Shown here: in pieces, positions 25,009 to 36,600 of the stretch | Layout: each line of letters starts with the position of its first letter | Position numbering within the stretch: position 1 is the first letter of the stretch | NCBI RefSeq assembly: GCF_006345805.1 | Contig: NC_043007.1 | Location: 10,230,001-10,294,000, forward strand | DNA length: 64,000 nt | Direction of reading: 5' to 3' | DNA from: Octopus sinensis | Lineage: Eukaryota | Translations under genes and position numbers: made by a program | The notes under the pieces: generated by a model | The model's input: the letters and a program-made list of their open reading frames with translations, nothing else | Told to the model about the DNA's origin: nothing | Databases searched by the model: none

Positions 25009-25492
25009 TTTGGTGGTGCAAAAGTAGGCTCACAGTTGTATAGTTGTATATCTTTTTTATTTAGAAAACACTGTACAATGTTAGTCCCGTAAATGCTCAA
25101 AATGTCCGCCCTGAACTTTGACACATTCTTGGAGTCTATCAGTTACACTGCGACGCACACGACGACACGGGTCCAGGTCAACGTTGATTTTCAGGCAGGT
25201 CTCTATAATAAATTCACTTAGCTGAGGCAGACTGTGTGGTTTTCTCTGTAATACCTTCTCTTTCACAACACCCCAGGAAAAAAATCCATAGGCGTTAGGT
25301 CTGGGGGAACGGGTGGCCATTCAGTACTCCCACGTCGCCTAATCCACTTCCCTCTGAATGTGTCACTGAGGAAATTATGAACATGAATTGCATAATAAAG
25401 TGGTGCCACTTCCTGTAGGAATAACGCGTTATGCTTCACTGTTCTGTAAACATAAAAATATACAACTATAAGCCTACTTTTGTACCACCCTG
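25009..25492 (-). mobile_element. Non-autonomous Tc1/mariner (ITm) element
   Basis: TIRs GGTGGTGCAAAAGTAGGCT / AGCCTACTTTTGTACCACCCTG|TA; transposase remnant EWPPVPPDLTPMDFFSWG..GGHFEHL. Confidence 0.85.
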
Positions 25493-25498
25493 TATCTC

Positions 25499-25578
<80 letters not shown>

Positions 25579-25694
25579 GTACTTTGTTTTAGTGCACTGT
25601 CGTACTCTAACAGTGCTTTTCTGCTACGTTAATCGTCGAGTGGATGAAACGTAGGCGAATATTATGCGAAAGAAGTATAACAGAACGTTTAAGA

Positions 25695-25872
25695 CAGTGG
25701 TGTAACTAGCAGGGGAACGAATGTGGCAGTCCAACCCCGAGAAAATCCTTTGATGGGGGCGCTATATTTGCGTTTGCTGTATAAGCCTGTACAGAGTCGG
25801 GGCCCCGCGGGAACGGGGATTGGCGGAAAACTTGAACTGCCCCAGCATGCACTCAATGTAGCTACGTCACTG
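25695..25872. mobile_element. hAT-like MITE
   Basis: Termini CAGTGGTGTAACTA / TAGCTACGTCACTG; 8-bp TSD GTTTAAGA / TTTTAAGA. Confidence 0.7.
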
Positions 25873-26060
25873 TTTTAAGAATTTTTTTTTTTTTTTTTTT
25901 GCAATCACAGGTTCGCAAATCTATATGATACCTTAGGGGCAAGTACCTTTCATTGCATCTTTGCTCCGACTCAAGTCTTGTGAGTCAAAACTGGGAAACT
26001 GGGAAGGAGATGAAAATTATGCTCGCCAAATGAGTTATACTTGTAATTTAAAAGGCTGCC

Positions 26061-26093
<33 letters not shown>

Positions 26094-26099
26094 GTGAAA

Positions 26100-26315
26100 A
26101 TCTTTTCTACTCTAGGCACAAGGCCCGAAATTTTGGGGAAGGGGGCCAGTCGATTAAACCGATCCCAGTACGCAACTGGTACTTAATATATCGACCTTGA
26201 AAGGATGAAAGGCAAAGTCAACCTCGGCGGAATTTGAACTCAGAACGTAAAGACGGACCAAATGCTATTAAGCATTTTCCCCGGCGTGCTAACGATTCTG
26301 CCATCTCGCCGCCTT
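26100..26315 (-). mobile_element. SINE-A (short-tail subfamily)
   Basis: Reverse complement of head and body, flanked by (AAT)n tracts. Confidence 0.85.
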
Positions 26316-26318
26316 TTC

Positions 26319-26401
<83 letters not shown>

Positions 26402-26444
26402 CTTTAAAAAAAGTAGGAAAACTCAATGCATTCTTTACCTGTCA

Positions 26445-26472
26445 TTTCATTTTCCTTTTTTTTTTTTTTCAG
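26445..26472 (+). promoter_or_regulatory. Splice acceptor of a 5' UTR intron of the GPCR
   Basis: Long polypyrimidine tract ending TTTTTTTTTCAG| at 26472, 21 nt before the ATG. Confidence 0.7.
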
Positions 26473-26493
26473 TTCTTGTAAAGGAGTTAAAAG

Positions 26494-27765
26494 ATGGAGT
26501 CATCTACAGATTCGGTACAGAACGGCACCATGAATATAATTCAAAACATCACTATTGAAGAACTCAACAGACAACAAGTTTTAGTAAGAATCCCATCGAC
26601 CATTCTAGTTATATTAACAATGATCTTTGGTTTCATTGGTAACTCTTTAACTGTTTACGTTTACGGATTTCGCTTGAAATTATCGCCAACTTATTTGTTT
26701 GTCGTCATGCTGGCTTGTGCTGATTTGATAATGTGTGCCATCATAACTCCAGGTCGCATTGTCCAAAATGTTTACCCCATGATGACAACCTGGGACGCAA
26801 TGTGCAAGAACCATATGTGTTTATCTGTATTTACAGGACTTTGTAACTGTGGTTTTCTTGTGGCTATTGCTGTAGATAGATACAGAAAAGTATGCCAACC
26901 ACTGAAGCCTCAGATAACAATGAAAGCTGCTAAAATCATCACAGCCTGTATTTTTATTTTCTGTGCAACACAGGGAAGTGTTGCTCTTCTTTACTACGGA
27001 AGTATAAAAAAACCGACGAAATATCCAGGAATCTATAGCTATTCGTGCTCATCCAAAAATTCAAAGAAACCAAATTATTACCAGCTGGGATTCTTCGCTT
27101 TCTATTTGCTTGTGACCTTTTTCACTATTTTTCTTTTGATAACATTTTATACCATTGTTTTACGTCGGATGCGAAGCGTCATCAAGACAAGCCAACCAGT
27201 TTTGACATCGGTAACTAATGCTGTTAGTTTTAAATCCAAAGACGATAAGCGAAAAAGTGAAGCCATAGTGAACATTGAAAACCCTGCCGACAGTTCTACT
27301 TCCAATCAAGAAATTGACTTTGTGAACATATCAACCACAGAGAATGTATCCAACACTACTTCCTCGTCATCTGGCGTATACTCCGTCGAGAATGCTGCAG
27401 CTCAATCGATAAAACCAGTAGAGAAAAACCCAATACAAAAAATGCAATCAAATAAAACTTTACCAAGGGAGTCAAATAGTGTTAGACGTGCAAGAGAACA
27501 AGCTACCCGAGTTCAACGAACCACTGTAACAATGATGATGATCACATTCATCTTTATAGTCACCTACATACCTAGTGTGGCCGCGATGATGGTGAACGCA
27601 GTTTTGAAATCTGAAAGCTCAATGTCGGTAGCCACAGCTATTTTCTATTGGCTCGCACGACATAGTTTTTACGTCAACTCAAGTATAAACCCTATAATTT
27701 ACGGCTGCAGGAATCAGAATTTTGTAGACGAGGTAAAAAAATTATTTGGAATCAAACGGAAATAA
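26494..27765 (+). CDS. Class A (rhodopsin-like) GPCR, 423 aa, single coding exon; orphan peptide-receptor-like
   Basis: Seven hydrophobic segments; GN (TM1), LACADL (TM2), W..C (ECL1/TM3), DRY, FIVTYIP (TM6), NSSINPIIY (TM7); N-glycosylation sequons NGT and NIT; long Ser/Thr-rich ICL3; intact ORF; AATAAA at 27761 overlaps the stop. Confidence 0.96.
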   Translation: MESSTDSVQNGTMNIIQNITIEELNRQQVLVRIPSTILVILTMIFGFIGNSLTVYVYGFRLKLSPTYLFVVMLACADLIMCAIITPGRIVQNVYPMMTTWDAMCKNHMCLSVFTGLCNCGFLVAIAVDRYRKVCQPLKPQITMKAAKIITACIFIFCATQGSVALLYYGSIKKPTKYPGIYSYSCSSKNSKKPNYYQLGFFAFYLLVTFFTIFLLITFYTIVLRRMRSVIKTSQPVLTSVTNAVSFKSKDDKRKSEAIVNIENPADSSTSNQEIDFVNISTTENVSNTTSSSSGVYSVENAAAQSIKPVEKNPIQKMQSNKTLPRESNSVRRAREQATRVQRTTVTMMMITFIFIVTYIPSVAAMMVNAVLKSESSMSVATAIFYWLARHSFYVNSSINPIIYGCRNQNFVDEVKKLFGIKRK

Positions 27766-27944
27766 AAGAAATGAACCGAACTTGTATTAAGTACTGCAAA
27801 ATACGGATCAAAATGAAACCTAACAATAATTTATAAATTTTATGGATAAAATTATTGCATAAATGTATATATATACGAATAGTGATATTGTTCACATTAA
27901 GTTGCGACTGTTTCCATAAAATAATTATTTATTTACTTTTTTAC

Positions 27945-28201
27945 TCTTTTACTCTTTTACATGTTTCAGTCATTTTGACTGTGGCCTTGCTGGAGCACCG
28001 TCTTTAGTCGAGCAAATCGACCTCAGGACTTATTCTTTGTAAGCATCGGTTGTCAAGCGATGTTGGGGGGACAAACTCAGACACACAAACATACATACAC
28101 ATACGCACACATACATATATATATACATATATACATATATATGTATATGTATACATACATACATACATATATTATATTATTATATATATATATATATATA
28201 T

Positions 28202-28246
<45 letters not shown>

Positions 28247-28292
28247 ATATATATATGTTATATATATATATATAATATATATAATATATATA

Positions 28293-28326
<34 letters not shown>

Positions 28327-28488
28327 CGACGGGCTTCTTTCAGTTTCCGTCTACCAATCCACTCACAAGGCTTTGGTCGGCCGCGAGCCATAGTAGAAGA
28401 CACTTGCCCAGCTGCCACGCAGTGGAACTGAACCCGGAATCATGTGGTTGGTAAGCAAGCTACTTACCACACAGCCACTCCTGCGCCT
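27945..28488 (-). mobile_element. SINE-C about 180 bp downstream of the GPCR stop
   Basis: Head GGCGCAGGAGTGGCTGTGTGG on - strand at 28488; expanded internal (TA)n. Confidence 0.88.
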
Positions 28489-28592
28489 ATATGTTCAATA
28501 ATATATACCATCATCTTATTCCATAACCAGACCATTTCATCAGACATTTATGTGCAATTGGTTAATGTATTGATACCCATTACATGATATTT

Positions 28593-28635
<43 letters not shown>

Positions 28636-28828
28636 TATATATGTAGCTTCACAGTTCGTTGTATGATAAGCGTAATAGGCAAAACTCGGTGCACCAACAA
28701 TACATATGTCCTGATTAGGGTAAATGAATAAATACACTGTGCTTTTTTATATTGAATAATGTGTTTGTTGTTTCTATATCTGTTCACACAGGTACACACA
28801 CATGCACGCTCGCACGCACGTAGGCATG

Positions 28829-28864
<36 letters not shown>

Positions 28865-28928
28865 GGAATATCCAAACGCACGCAGAAAACATTCACACTC
28901 ACAAAGACATACACCCGTGCATACACAT

Positions 28929-28993
<65 letters not shown>

Positions 28994-29336
28994 GTATACA
29001 TATACGACAGTTTTTTTTTTTCAGTTCTGTCTACCAAATTGCTCTCACAAGGTCGGCTGGAGGTGATACGCAGTGAGACTGAACCCGGAACCATGTGGTT
29101 GGGAAGCAGATTTCTTACCACACAAGATCACCTGCGCCTATGTATAAATAATACATTATATCATTTTATATATTATATTATGTTATATCATATTATAATA
29201 TATTATATTATGTTATATATTATAGTATATTATATAATACCCGGCATTACTCGGATTAAAGTAATTTTGGCTGACCTTTTCATTGTAGATAAATTTGACA
29301 CTTTCCTTCTAGGCATGGTTATATATGTATACAGAA

Positions 29337-29545
29337 AAAGGCGGCGAGCTGGCAGAAACGTTAGCACGTATTTCGTCTGCCGGTACGTTCTGAGTTCAAA
29401 TTCCGCCGAGGTCGACTTTGCCTTTCATCCTTTCGGGGTCGATAAATTAAGTACCAGTTACTCACTGGGGTCGATGTTATCGACTTAATCCGTTTGTCTG
29501 TCCTTGTTTGTCCCCTCTCTGTTTAGCCCCTTGTGGGTAGTAAAA
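29337..29545 (+). mobile_element. SINE-A monomer
   Basis: Flanked by repeat ATATATGTATACAGAAA. Confidence 0.85.
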
Positions 29546-30042
29546 ATATATATATATGTATACAGAAATACACGGGGGCAGAAGACAATAAATAATGAAA
29601 ATAACTTGGTAACGGAAATTATATTTCTTGATACGACGGGCAGAAAGTAAATAAGAAATGATTACGGTAAATAAAGAATTGTACAGGTTGAAGCGAAATT
29701 TGTCATTCATTGAACCAAAGAGACGGTATTGAAGGAACCAGAAAAAAAAAAAACCGTCAACATCAGAAAAAACACAAAACCGTTGCAAAAGTAAATAACA
29801 AATTTTTAGGGAAATTAACAAAGTGTACGGATTTAAGTGAAATTTTTTGAAGTTACTTTTGTCAGTAAATTATGAACTTATTTTTATCAGTAATTTTGTC
29901 GACAAGAAAAAAACACAAAACGTTGCAAAAGTAAATAGATTTGTTTGTGAGTGAAATTGTGTGAGTGCAATCTGTCTCGTGTCTATAAATCAGCAGTAAC
30001 TTGCTGTCTACTGTACTAAAACCGAAAGTAATATCGGGTCTA

Positions 30043-30096
<54 letters not shown>

Positions 30097-30289
30097 TAGA
30101 TAGATAGGTGTAAATAAAGAGATATAGAAAGAGAGATATATTCATATAGATAGACAGGCAGACAGACAGAAAGTTTAACCGATTTTACAGTTCCAGTGAG
30201 GGATTGAATCTGTAGTCTTCGAATTAGCTTTCTCCTTTCTGGTTTTGAGAAGCCTAATTTCTCAAAACTAGTATTTAGGCATATCCCAT

Positions 30290-30384
30290 GTATGAATGGG
30301 ATAAGTGTCTTCTACTATAGCCTCGGGCCGACCAAAGCCTTGTGAGTGGATTTGGTAGACGGAGACTGAAAGAAGCCCGTCGTG

Positions 30385-30467
<83 letters not shown>

Positions 30468-30690
30468 CTGTATGTTTGTGTGTCTGTGTGTGTCCCCCTA
30501 GCATTGCTTGACAACCGATGCTGGTGTGTTTATGTCCCCGTCACTTAGCGGTTCGGCAAAAGAGACCGATAGAATAAGTACTTGGCTTATAAAGAATAAG
30601 TCCCGGGGTCGAGTTGTTCGATTAAAGGCGGTGCTCCAGCATGGCCGCAGTCAAATGACTGAAACAAGTAAAAGAGTAAAAGAGAGTAAT
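30290..30690 (+). mobile_element. 5'-truncated SINE-C
   Basis: GTGTCTTCTACTATAGCCTCGGG..(TA)n(TG)n..GTAAAAGAGTAAAAGAG. Confidence 0.88.
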
Positions 30691-30716
30691 ATGTATGTAT
30701 GTACTGGATGAATGTA

Positions 30717-30985
30717 TCTATGTGGCTAAGTGGTTAGGGTATTCAGCTCACAGTCGTAAGGAAGTAAGTTCGATACCCACCGGCGCGTGGTGTTCTTTAG
30801 CAAGATGCTTCTCCCCCCATCCCCCGTTGCTGCGGTTCACTCACCTGGAAAAAATGAGTTGTACTTGTATTTCAAAAGCCAGCCTTGTCACATCCTGTGT
30901 CACTCTGAATCCCCCTGAGAACTAAGTTAAGTGTACGCGCTTCTTTGGAGTGCTTAGCCACTTGCACTTGCAGGTTGTTCGGCTC
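30717..30985 (+). mobile_element. Degenerate SINE: SINE-B-like head and CORE plus SINE-D-type tail
   Basis: TGGCTAAGTGG..GTTCGATACC..TTCTTTAGCAAGATG..AAATGAGT, then TGTATTTCAAAAGCCAGCCTTGTCAC..GAGAACT..GGAGTGCTTAGCCACTT. Confidence 0.65.
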
Positions 30986-31001
30986 AACTGGAATCCGCAT
31001 C

Positions 31002-31036
<35 letters not shown>

Positions 31037-31164
31037 CCTGTGTGTGTAGATAGAGTTTAAGCGTGTTTAATGATTTCGCTCAAAAGTACAAGGTTCCAGA
31101 TTTTTCGATGGTAGAAACCCCTTCATATTTTTATGTAGTGTTTTAATTGCTTACGATAAAACAG

Positions 31165-31270
31165 CCAATCTACTCTCATTTATGGACGACCTCAATCAGT
31201 ACGCTGCGGATAATAAACAACTAACAACATCCTGTAAGTAGTACATTAACTTATCAAATGAGATCGCACT
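31165..31270 (+). pseudogene. Small RT remnant of an R4/Dong-like LINE
   Basis: FMDDLNQYAADNKQL resembles the RT FMDD motif. Confidence 0.35.
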
Positions 31271-31701
31271 TACCAAATGGGATCGGAATTAGCAATGTCA
31301 ATTCTAATACATTTAAATATTTGTTGTGCAAGATTTTTTATGTGAAGTCGTGTGTTGAAACAAATATTTCGGTGAGTAAGGAGAGACACAAACAAATAAG
31401 AAAGAAGAAAACAAAGGACCACTGATGCGGTCACAGGAGTGTGACGAAAGAACTCTGGCCGAAATAAGATTAAGTAAAAAATAAATATCGCTGAAGCAAA
31501 ATAACACCAAATATATAGTGCGTGTGTTTTTATTGGCTAAACTGGCAAAATGACCATTCCGAAATATAACAAATTCTAATACAGTTTTAGCTAAAGAAGT
31601 TGAGATAAGAGAATTTTAGTAGATACGGTCATACTAGTACTTAGGAACCGATGAACAAGATAGTGTACGACAAACAAATAATTGAAAAGATTTAGAAGAA
31701 A

Positions 31702-33200
31702 CTAGCAGAGATACCCGGCGTCGCCCGTGTTACATGCACTTGAAGAATTAGACCTTTCTGTTATATTTTCTCTATTGAACTGGAATACTTATGATTCGAA
31801 TTTCATCAAAATTGCAGATGAGGGTTAATTTCCCTCTTTACACATCCGAAAAAAATTTCTAATCATGACACATGTATCCCATACTACTGATCTTTATGCG
31901 CAGATTCCAAAATTCCAGTCTTATGGAACCTGTTAAAATGATTTTGATCCTCAAAAATGGAGGTCATTGAGCTCTAAAATGTGGGAGTTAAGGCCTCTAC
32001 TGGGGGTGGGTGTCTTAATGTCAACCAAAGAAGTTGAATTGTTGAGAATCTTTTTAACTTGGTTCTTATATCTATTGTTTGAATTTCTTTGAAATAGGAA
32101 ATATATGTGTGTTCACTGGGTTTGTAAAAGAGAGCAAACTACAGGAAACCAAACGACGAATCATCACAATAAGCAGTCAGCTACCCTACCCTAGTCGTTA
32201 CCACTCCCAATGTAGGATTCCTCACCATCCAGGTGACAGGCACAGCCGTAAGATGCATTACGAATCTATAGCAATTGGAAGGGCGTGACTCAACTCAACT
32301 AAACATTAACAACTGTGTGACATGAGGGCTAAGGAGAAAAGAAAGTGTCACCTCTGGAGTTTGCAAATGACCACTACACAGATAGGTAACTGAACAGAAT
32401 AAATTTACAATCTATAAATGTCTTTGAATAACCAGTCACTCATCTGGGAAGGCCTTGAAATCAATGTTACCATCTGGGGACTATGTGTGACCCAGTGATA
32501 ATCAAAAGACTCAAAGGAGGTCTGCAACCAAATAACTTAATTGAACACTTTGAAAATGAATCAGTGGAAGCAAAGATACCTCTCATTTACTTGACACTTA
32601 ATGCATCACATTGTAAAAATCACAATCTAAGTATATCTCAAAGCACACTCTTACATTGTTGTACCATTGAATTACAAATACTGCTCATCTTTTATGCTTG
32701 GGTGACCCTACAGCTTCCAATTGTACAACTGTATTCGTCTTTGCTTAGATAAAATGACAAAATTGTGGGTGTTATGTCCCCATGGAGGGGTCTTTGTAAC
32801 TTCTAAGAAGATGAAATTTTAGAAATATTACTTCATTTGTGTCTAATATCTATGGTTAAAATTTCATCAACACCCAAAATATATGAATTTTCATGGGGGT
32901 TATGGCCCTTATGCATAGAATATAATTTCCAAATTTCATAAAGATCCATTCAGTACTTTTGACCTAGTTTGGTATCATAAAAAATTACTAAAATTTGGGA
33001 GTTAAGGCCCCCATTAGGGAGTCTTAGAATGTTCATGAGAAGTGGAAGCTTTGAAAATACTTCTCGATGTGTGTCAATTACCCATGGTTAAAATTTCATC
33101 AGCATTGAAAATTTATGAATTTTCATGGGGGTTCTTCCCCTTTAAGCCATCTGAAATTCAAACCAAACATATTGCATTATACCCGCCCTTATGCATTGAA
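31702..33200 (-). mobile_element. Helitron-like non-autonomous element; 5' end not found
   Basis: 3' hairpin CACGGGCGACGCCGGG plus TCTGCTAG|T at 31702; internal subrepeats TTAAAATTTCATCA..TGAATTTTCATGGGGGTT at ~32857 and ~33088. Confidence 0.55.
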
Positions 33201-33224
33201 TGCAGCTGTGAAGAGGTGATGAGG

Positions 33225-33680
33225 GTGAAACACAGAGACAAAGACACGCACATACACTTACATATACACATACATATATATACGATTGATTTCTTTCAGT
33301 TTCTGTCTACGAAATCCACTCACAAGACTTTGGTTGGTCTGAGGCTATAACAGAAGACACATGCCAAGTGACCATACAGTGGGACTGAACCCAGGACTAT
33401 GTGTTTTGGATTTGGTAGACAGAAACTGAAAGAAACCCGTCGTATATATGTATGTGTGTGTGTATATATTTGTGTGTCTGTGTTTGTCCCACCAACATCG
33501 CTTGACAACCGATGCTGGTATGTTTACGTCCCCGTAACTTAGCGGTTTGGCAAAAGCAACCGATAGAATAAGTACTAGGCTTACAAAGAATAAGTCCTGG
33601 TGTCGATTTGCTCGACTAAAGGCGGTGCTCCAGCATGGCCACAGTCAAATGACTGAAACAAGTAAAAGAGAAAAGAGAAA
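33225..33680. mobile_element. Two SINE-C fragments in opposite orientation
   Basis: Minus fragment 33225-33405 abuts plus fragment 33410-33680. Confidence 0.75.
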
Positions 33681-33755
33681 GCTATGTCATAGAATATCTA
33701 GATAAGAACAATAGGAATTTGGTAATCATAGCTACAAAACGTAAGCAAAAAATAA

Positions 33756-34166
33756 TTTGTTTTGTCTACAAGGAAGTCATCAAATGAAAACAAACAATTA
33801 AAAACAAAGAAAAAAACTGTGTTTGAAATAGCAGATAAGCGCAAGTATGGCTGTTGGTTGACAGAGCAGGATGAGACCTCTCTCTGTGAAGAAGAGGTTG
33901 TCATTTTCTATCTGAAGGGAGGTCCTGTTGAGTCATACTTGGACAGTCTACTAGACCGAAAGCGATATGACTCAACCTGTATATACTGTCCAAGTTGGCC
34001 TCTGCAGGTGGCTGCGGAGGTCATAAATCAGAAAGAACTGATTGAGGTCAGGAAGACCTGTAACAAAGAAGATTTTGTTTTCCTCGGTCCGGGCCTGCCG
34101 ATGCAGGCTTCCCTGCAGGCGGCAGAAAACTTACTTGGGCGTCCGGATGAGGAAGACGAAGAATAA
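33756..34166 (+). CDS. Orphan ORF of ~136 codons; possible terminal exon or mobile-element gene
   Basis: Non-repetitive, more GC-rich than flanks, protein-like composition; no 5' ATG; possible acceptor TTGTTTTGTCTACAAG near 33772. Confidence 0.4.
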   Translation, partial: FVLSTRKSSNENKQLKTKKKTVFEIADKRKYGCWLTEQDETSLCEEEVVIFYLKGGPVESYLDSLLDRKRYDSTCIYCPSWPLQVAAEVINQKELIEVRKTCNKEDFVFLGPGLPMQASLQAAENLLGRPDEEDEE

Positions 34167-34468
34167 TGAAAAATATATTTTTGTAATTGTGATTTTTGAA
34201 TTTTTGTGATTATAATTTTGATTTCTATTGATTTAAATTGAACAGTAATTTCGAAGGGTTATCGGTCGGCAGGTGCCGGTGCCTCTCCCATTCTTTTCCA
34301 TCTTTGTCGTTTTCATACACATTAATGTCTCTGTCCAGCCCGCAGCCACCTTTATCTGTGTTCGACTTTCATGGTCAATTCGATGAGATGAAATAAACTA
34401 TGGCTGTTGGTTTACGAATTTGCTTCCCAACCACATGGTTTCGGATTCAGTCCCACTGCGTTGTACCT

Positions 34469-35116
34469 TCTGAGGAGATAAGGCGAAGAGGCTTGAATCC
34501 CGTATTCCAATATGGGTCTCACCAGCATGACATAGAGCGGTAGGAATATGGCTGCTGTGAGCATTCCGAATGACCGTCGAATCAAAAACAGAACTCTGCG
34601 TGCTTTGTTGGCAGCATGGACGCATTGGGCCGAAGGCGAAAAGGAAGAATCCACTAAGATACCCAGGTCCTTTACCTGGTCGGTCTTCTCCAGCAGCAGA
34701 CGATCCGGCACGAAATCAAGTTGAGTTGCAGGAGAAGAGCCAACAGGCAGATGACAGCACTTTGACACGTTCAGACACAGGTCCCATTCGTTAGACCATC
34801 TCCAAACTTGGTGGAGGCATCGACGAAGATCATCTATATCACTGCGAGGAGTGACCAGTTTGACATCGTCGGCAAATAGAAGGGTGTGTTGCGTGAGGTC
34901 GTCGGGCAAGTCATTGATGAAGACTAAAAACAATAACGGCCCAAGCGCTGAACCTTGAAGCACGCCACTGCTCGAACTGGAGACATCGGACAGCGAACCA
35001 TTAACTTGGACTTGGAAGGAGCGATCTGAGAGGAAGGCACCAACCTATCATACAATATCCGGATGGAAACTATATGCTTGAAGCTTGACAAGTAATAGGC
35101 GGTGGTTAACCGAGTC
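34469..35116 (-). pseudogene. CR1-type LINE reverse-transcriptase fragment
   Basis: DSVNHRLLL, GVLQGSALGPLLFLVFINDLP, LFADDVKL, KDLGI, VRPILEY; ~190 codons open. Confidence 0.92.
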
Positions 35117-35194
35117 TGTAAATATAAAAACATCCAGATTTCTGAGTACCTTATTTCTTCTAATATATAATACCTGTACATCATCTCCAAACAT

Positions 35195-35236
<42 letters not shown>

Positions 35237-35289
35237 TATATATATATAATATATGCACCAATGCCTACGTAAATACATACATTCAGACA

Positions 35290-36050
35290 CAAGGGGAAGA
35301 AGGAATGTTGAACACTCCAGAGAGGGGGATTTGAGAGGTGAAGAGGATGAAGAGGAGGAAGGAGTGTTGAACATTCCAGAGAGGGGGATTTGAGAAGTGA
35401 AGGGGAGGAAAGGGAGGCAGGAATGCTGAACATTTCAGAGAGGAGGATTTGAGAGGTGAAGGGGAGGAAGGAGAGGAAGAAATGATGAACATTCCAGAGA
35501 GGGGGATTTGCGAGGGGAAGGGGAGAAGGAATGTTGAACCTTCGTGAGAGGGGGATTTGAGAGGTGAAGGGGAGGAAGGAATGTTGAACATTCCAGAGAG
35601 TGGTATTTGTGAGGTGAAGGGTAGGAAGGGGTGGAAGGAATATTGAACATTCCAGAGAGGGAGATTTGAGAGGTGAAGGGGAGGAAGGGGTGGAAGGAAT
35701 GTTGAACAATCCAGAGAGGGGTATTAGAGAAGTGAAGGGGAGGAAGGGGAAGAAGGAATGTTGAACATTCCAGAGAGGGGATTTGAGAGGGGAAGTGGAG
35801 GAAGGAATGCTGAACATTCCAAGGAGGGGGATTTGAGAAGTGAAGGGGAGGAAGGAAAGTTGAACATTCCAGAGAGGGGGATTTGAGAGGTGAAGGGGAG
35901 GGAGGGGAAGAAGGAATGCTGAACATTCTAGAGAGGGGGATTTGAGAGGGGAAGGGGAAGAAGGGGTGGAAGGAATGTTGAAAATTCCAGAGAGGGGTAT
36001 TTGAGAGGAGAAGGGGAGGAAGGAATGTTGAACATTCCAGAGAGGGGGAT
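35290..36050. repeat. Purine-rich minisatellite, 14 units of ~49-60 bp
   Basis: Unit GGAAGGAATGTTGAACATTCCAGAGAGGGGGATTTGAGAGGTGAAGGGGA. Confidence 0.95.
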
Positions 36051-36448
36051 TTTCGGTATGCAAATTAGGGACTCCAGAGTTGGAATTAACTGCTGTATTT
36101 GTTAAGTATATATAGAGTTTATAGAGCGGTTAAAAATTTTCGGTATGCAAATTAGGGACTCATGCATAGAATAACTGCTGCATTTGTTGAGTATATATAG
36201 AGTTTATAGAGTGTTAAGAATTTTCGGTATGCAAATTAGGGATTACTTCATAGAATAACTTCTGAATTTGTTGGGTATTTGTACAGTTTATAGAGGTGTT
36301 AAAAATTTTCGGTATGCAAATTAGGAACTTCTTCATAGAATAACTGCTGCATTTGTTGAGTATATATACAGTTTATATAGTGTTAAACATTTCTGGGTAT
36401 GCAAATTAGGGACTCCTGCATAGAATAACTGCGGCATTTGTTGAGTAT
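36051..36448. repeat. Minisatellite, 5 units of ~85 bp
   Basis: TTTTCGGTATGCAAATTAGGGACT.. recurring; ATGCAAAT at 36058, 36145, 36229, 36314 and 36399. Confidence 0.95.
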
Positions 36449-36600
36449 TTAAACAGATGGATGGATGGATGGATTATTAGTTTAAAACACATTGCCTATT
36501 AGAAATTATTTGTGTGTTTGAATTTAGATAGATAGATAGATGGATTATTAGTTTAAAACAAAATACCTGTTAGAAATTTTTTGGACGGACGGACAGAAGG

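Noticed and set aside
28802-29488. 228-aa ORF, and many similar HT/YI/CV-rich ORFs across the window
   Set aside because: These are read-throughs of (CA)n, (TA)n and (TACA)n microsatellites and SINEs with no domain signal.
34924-36063. 379-aa minus-strand ORF rich in P, S, L and F
   Set aside because: It is the translation of the 14-unit minisatellite running into (TA)n; the repeat unit simply lacks stops in this frame.
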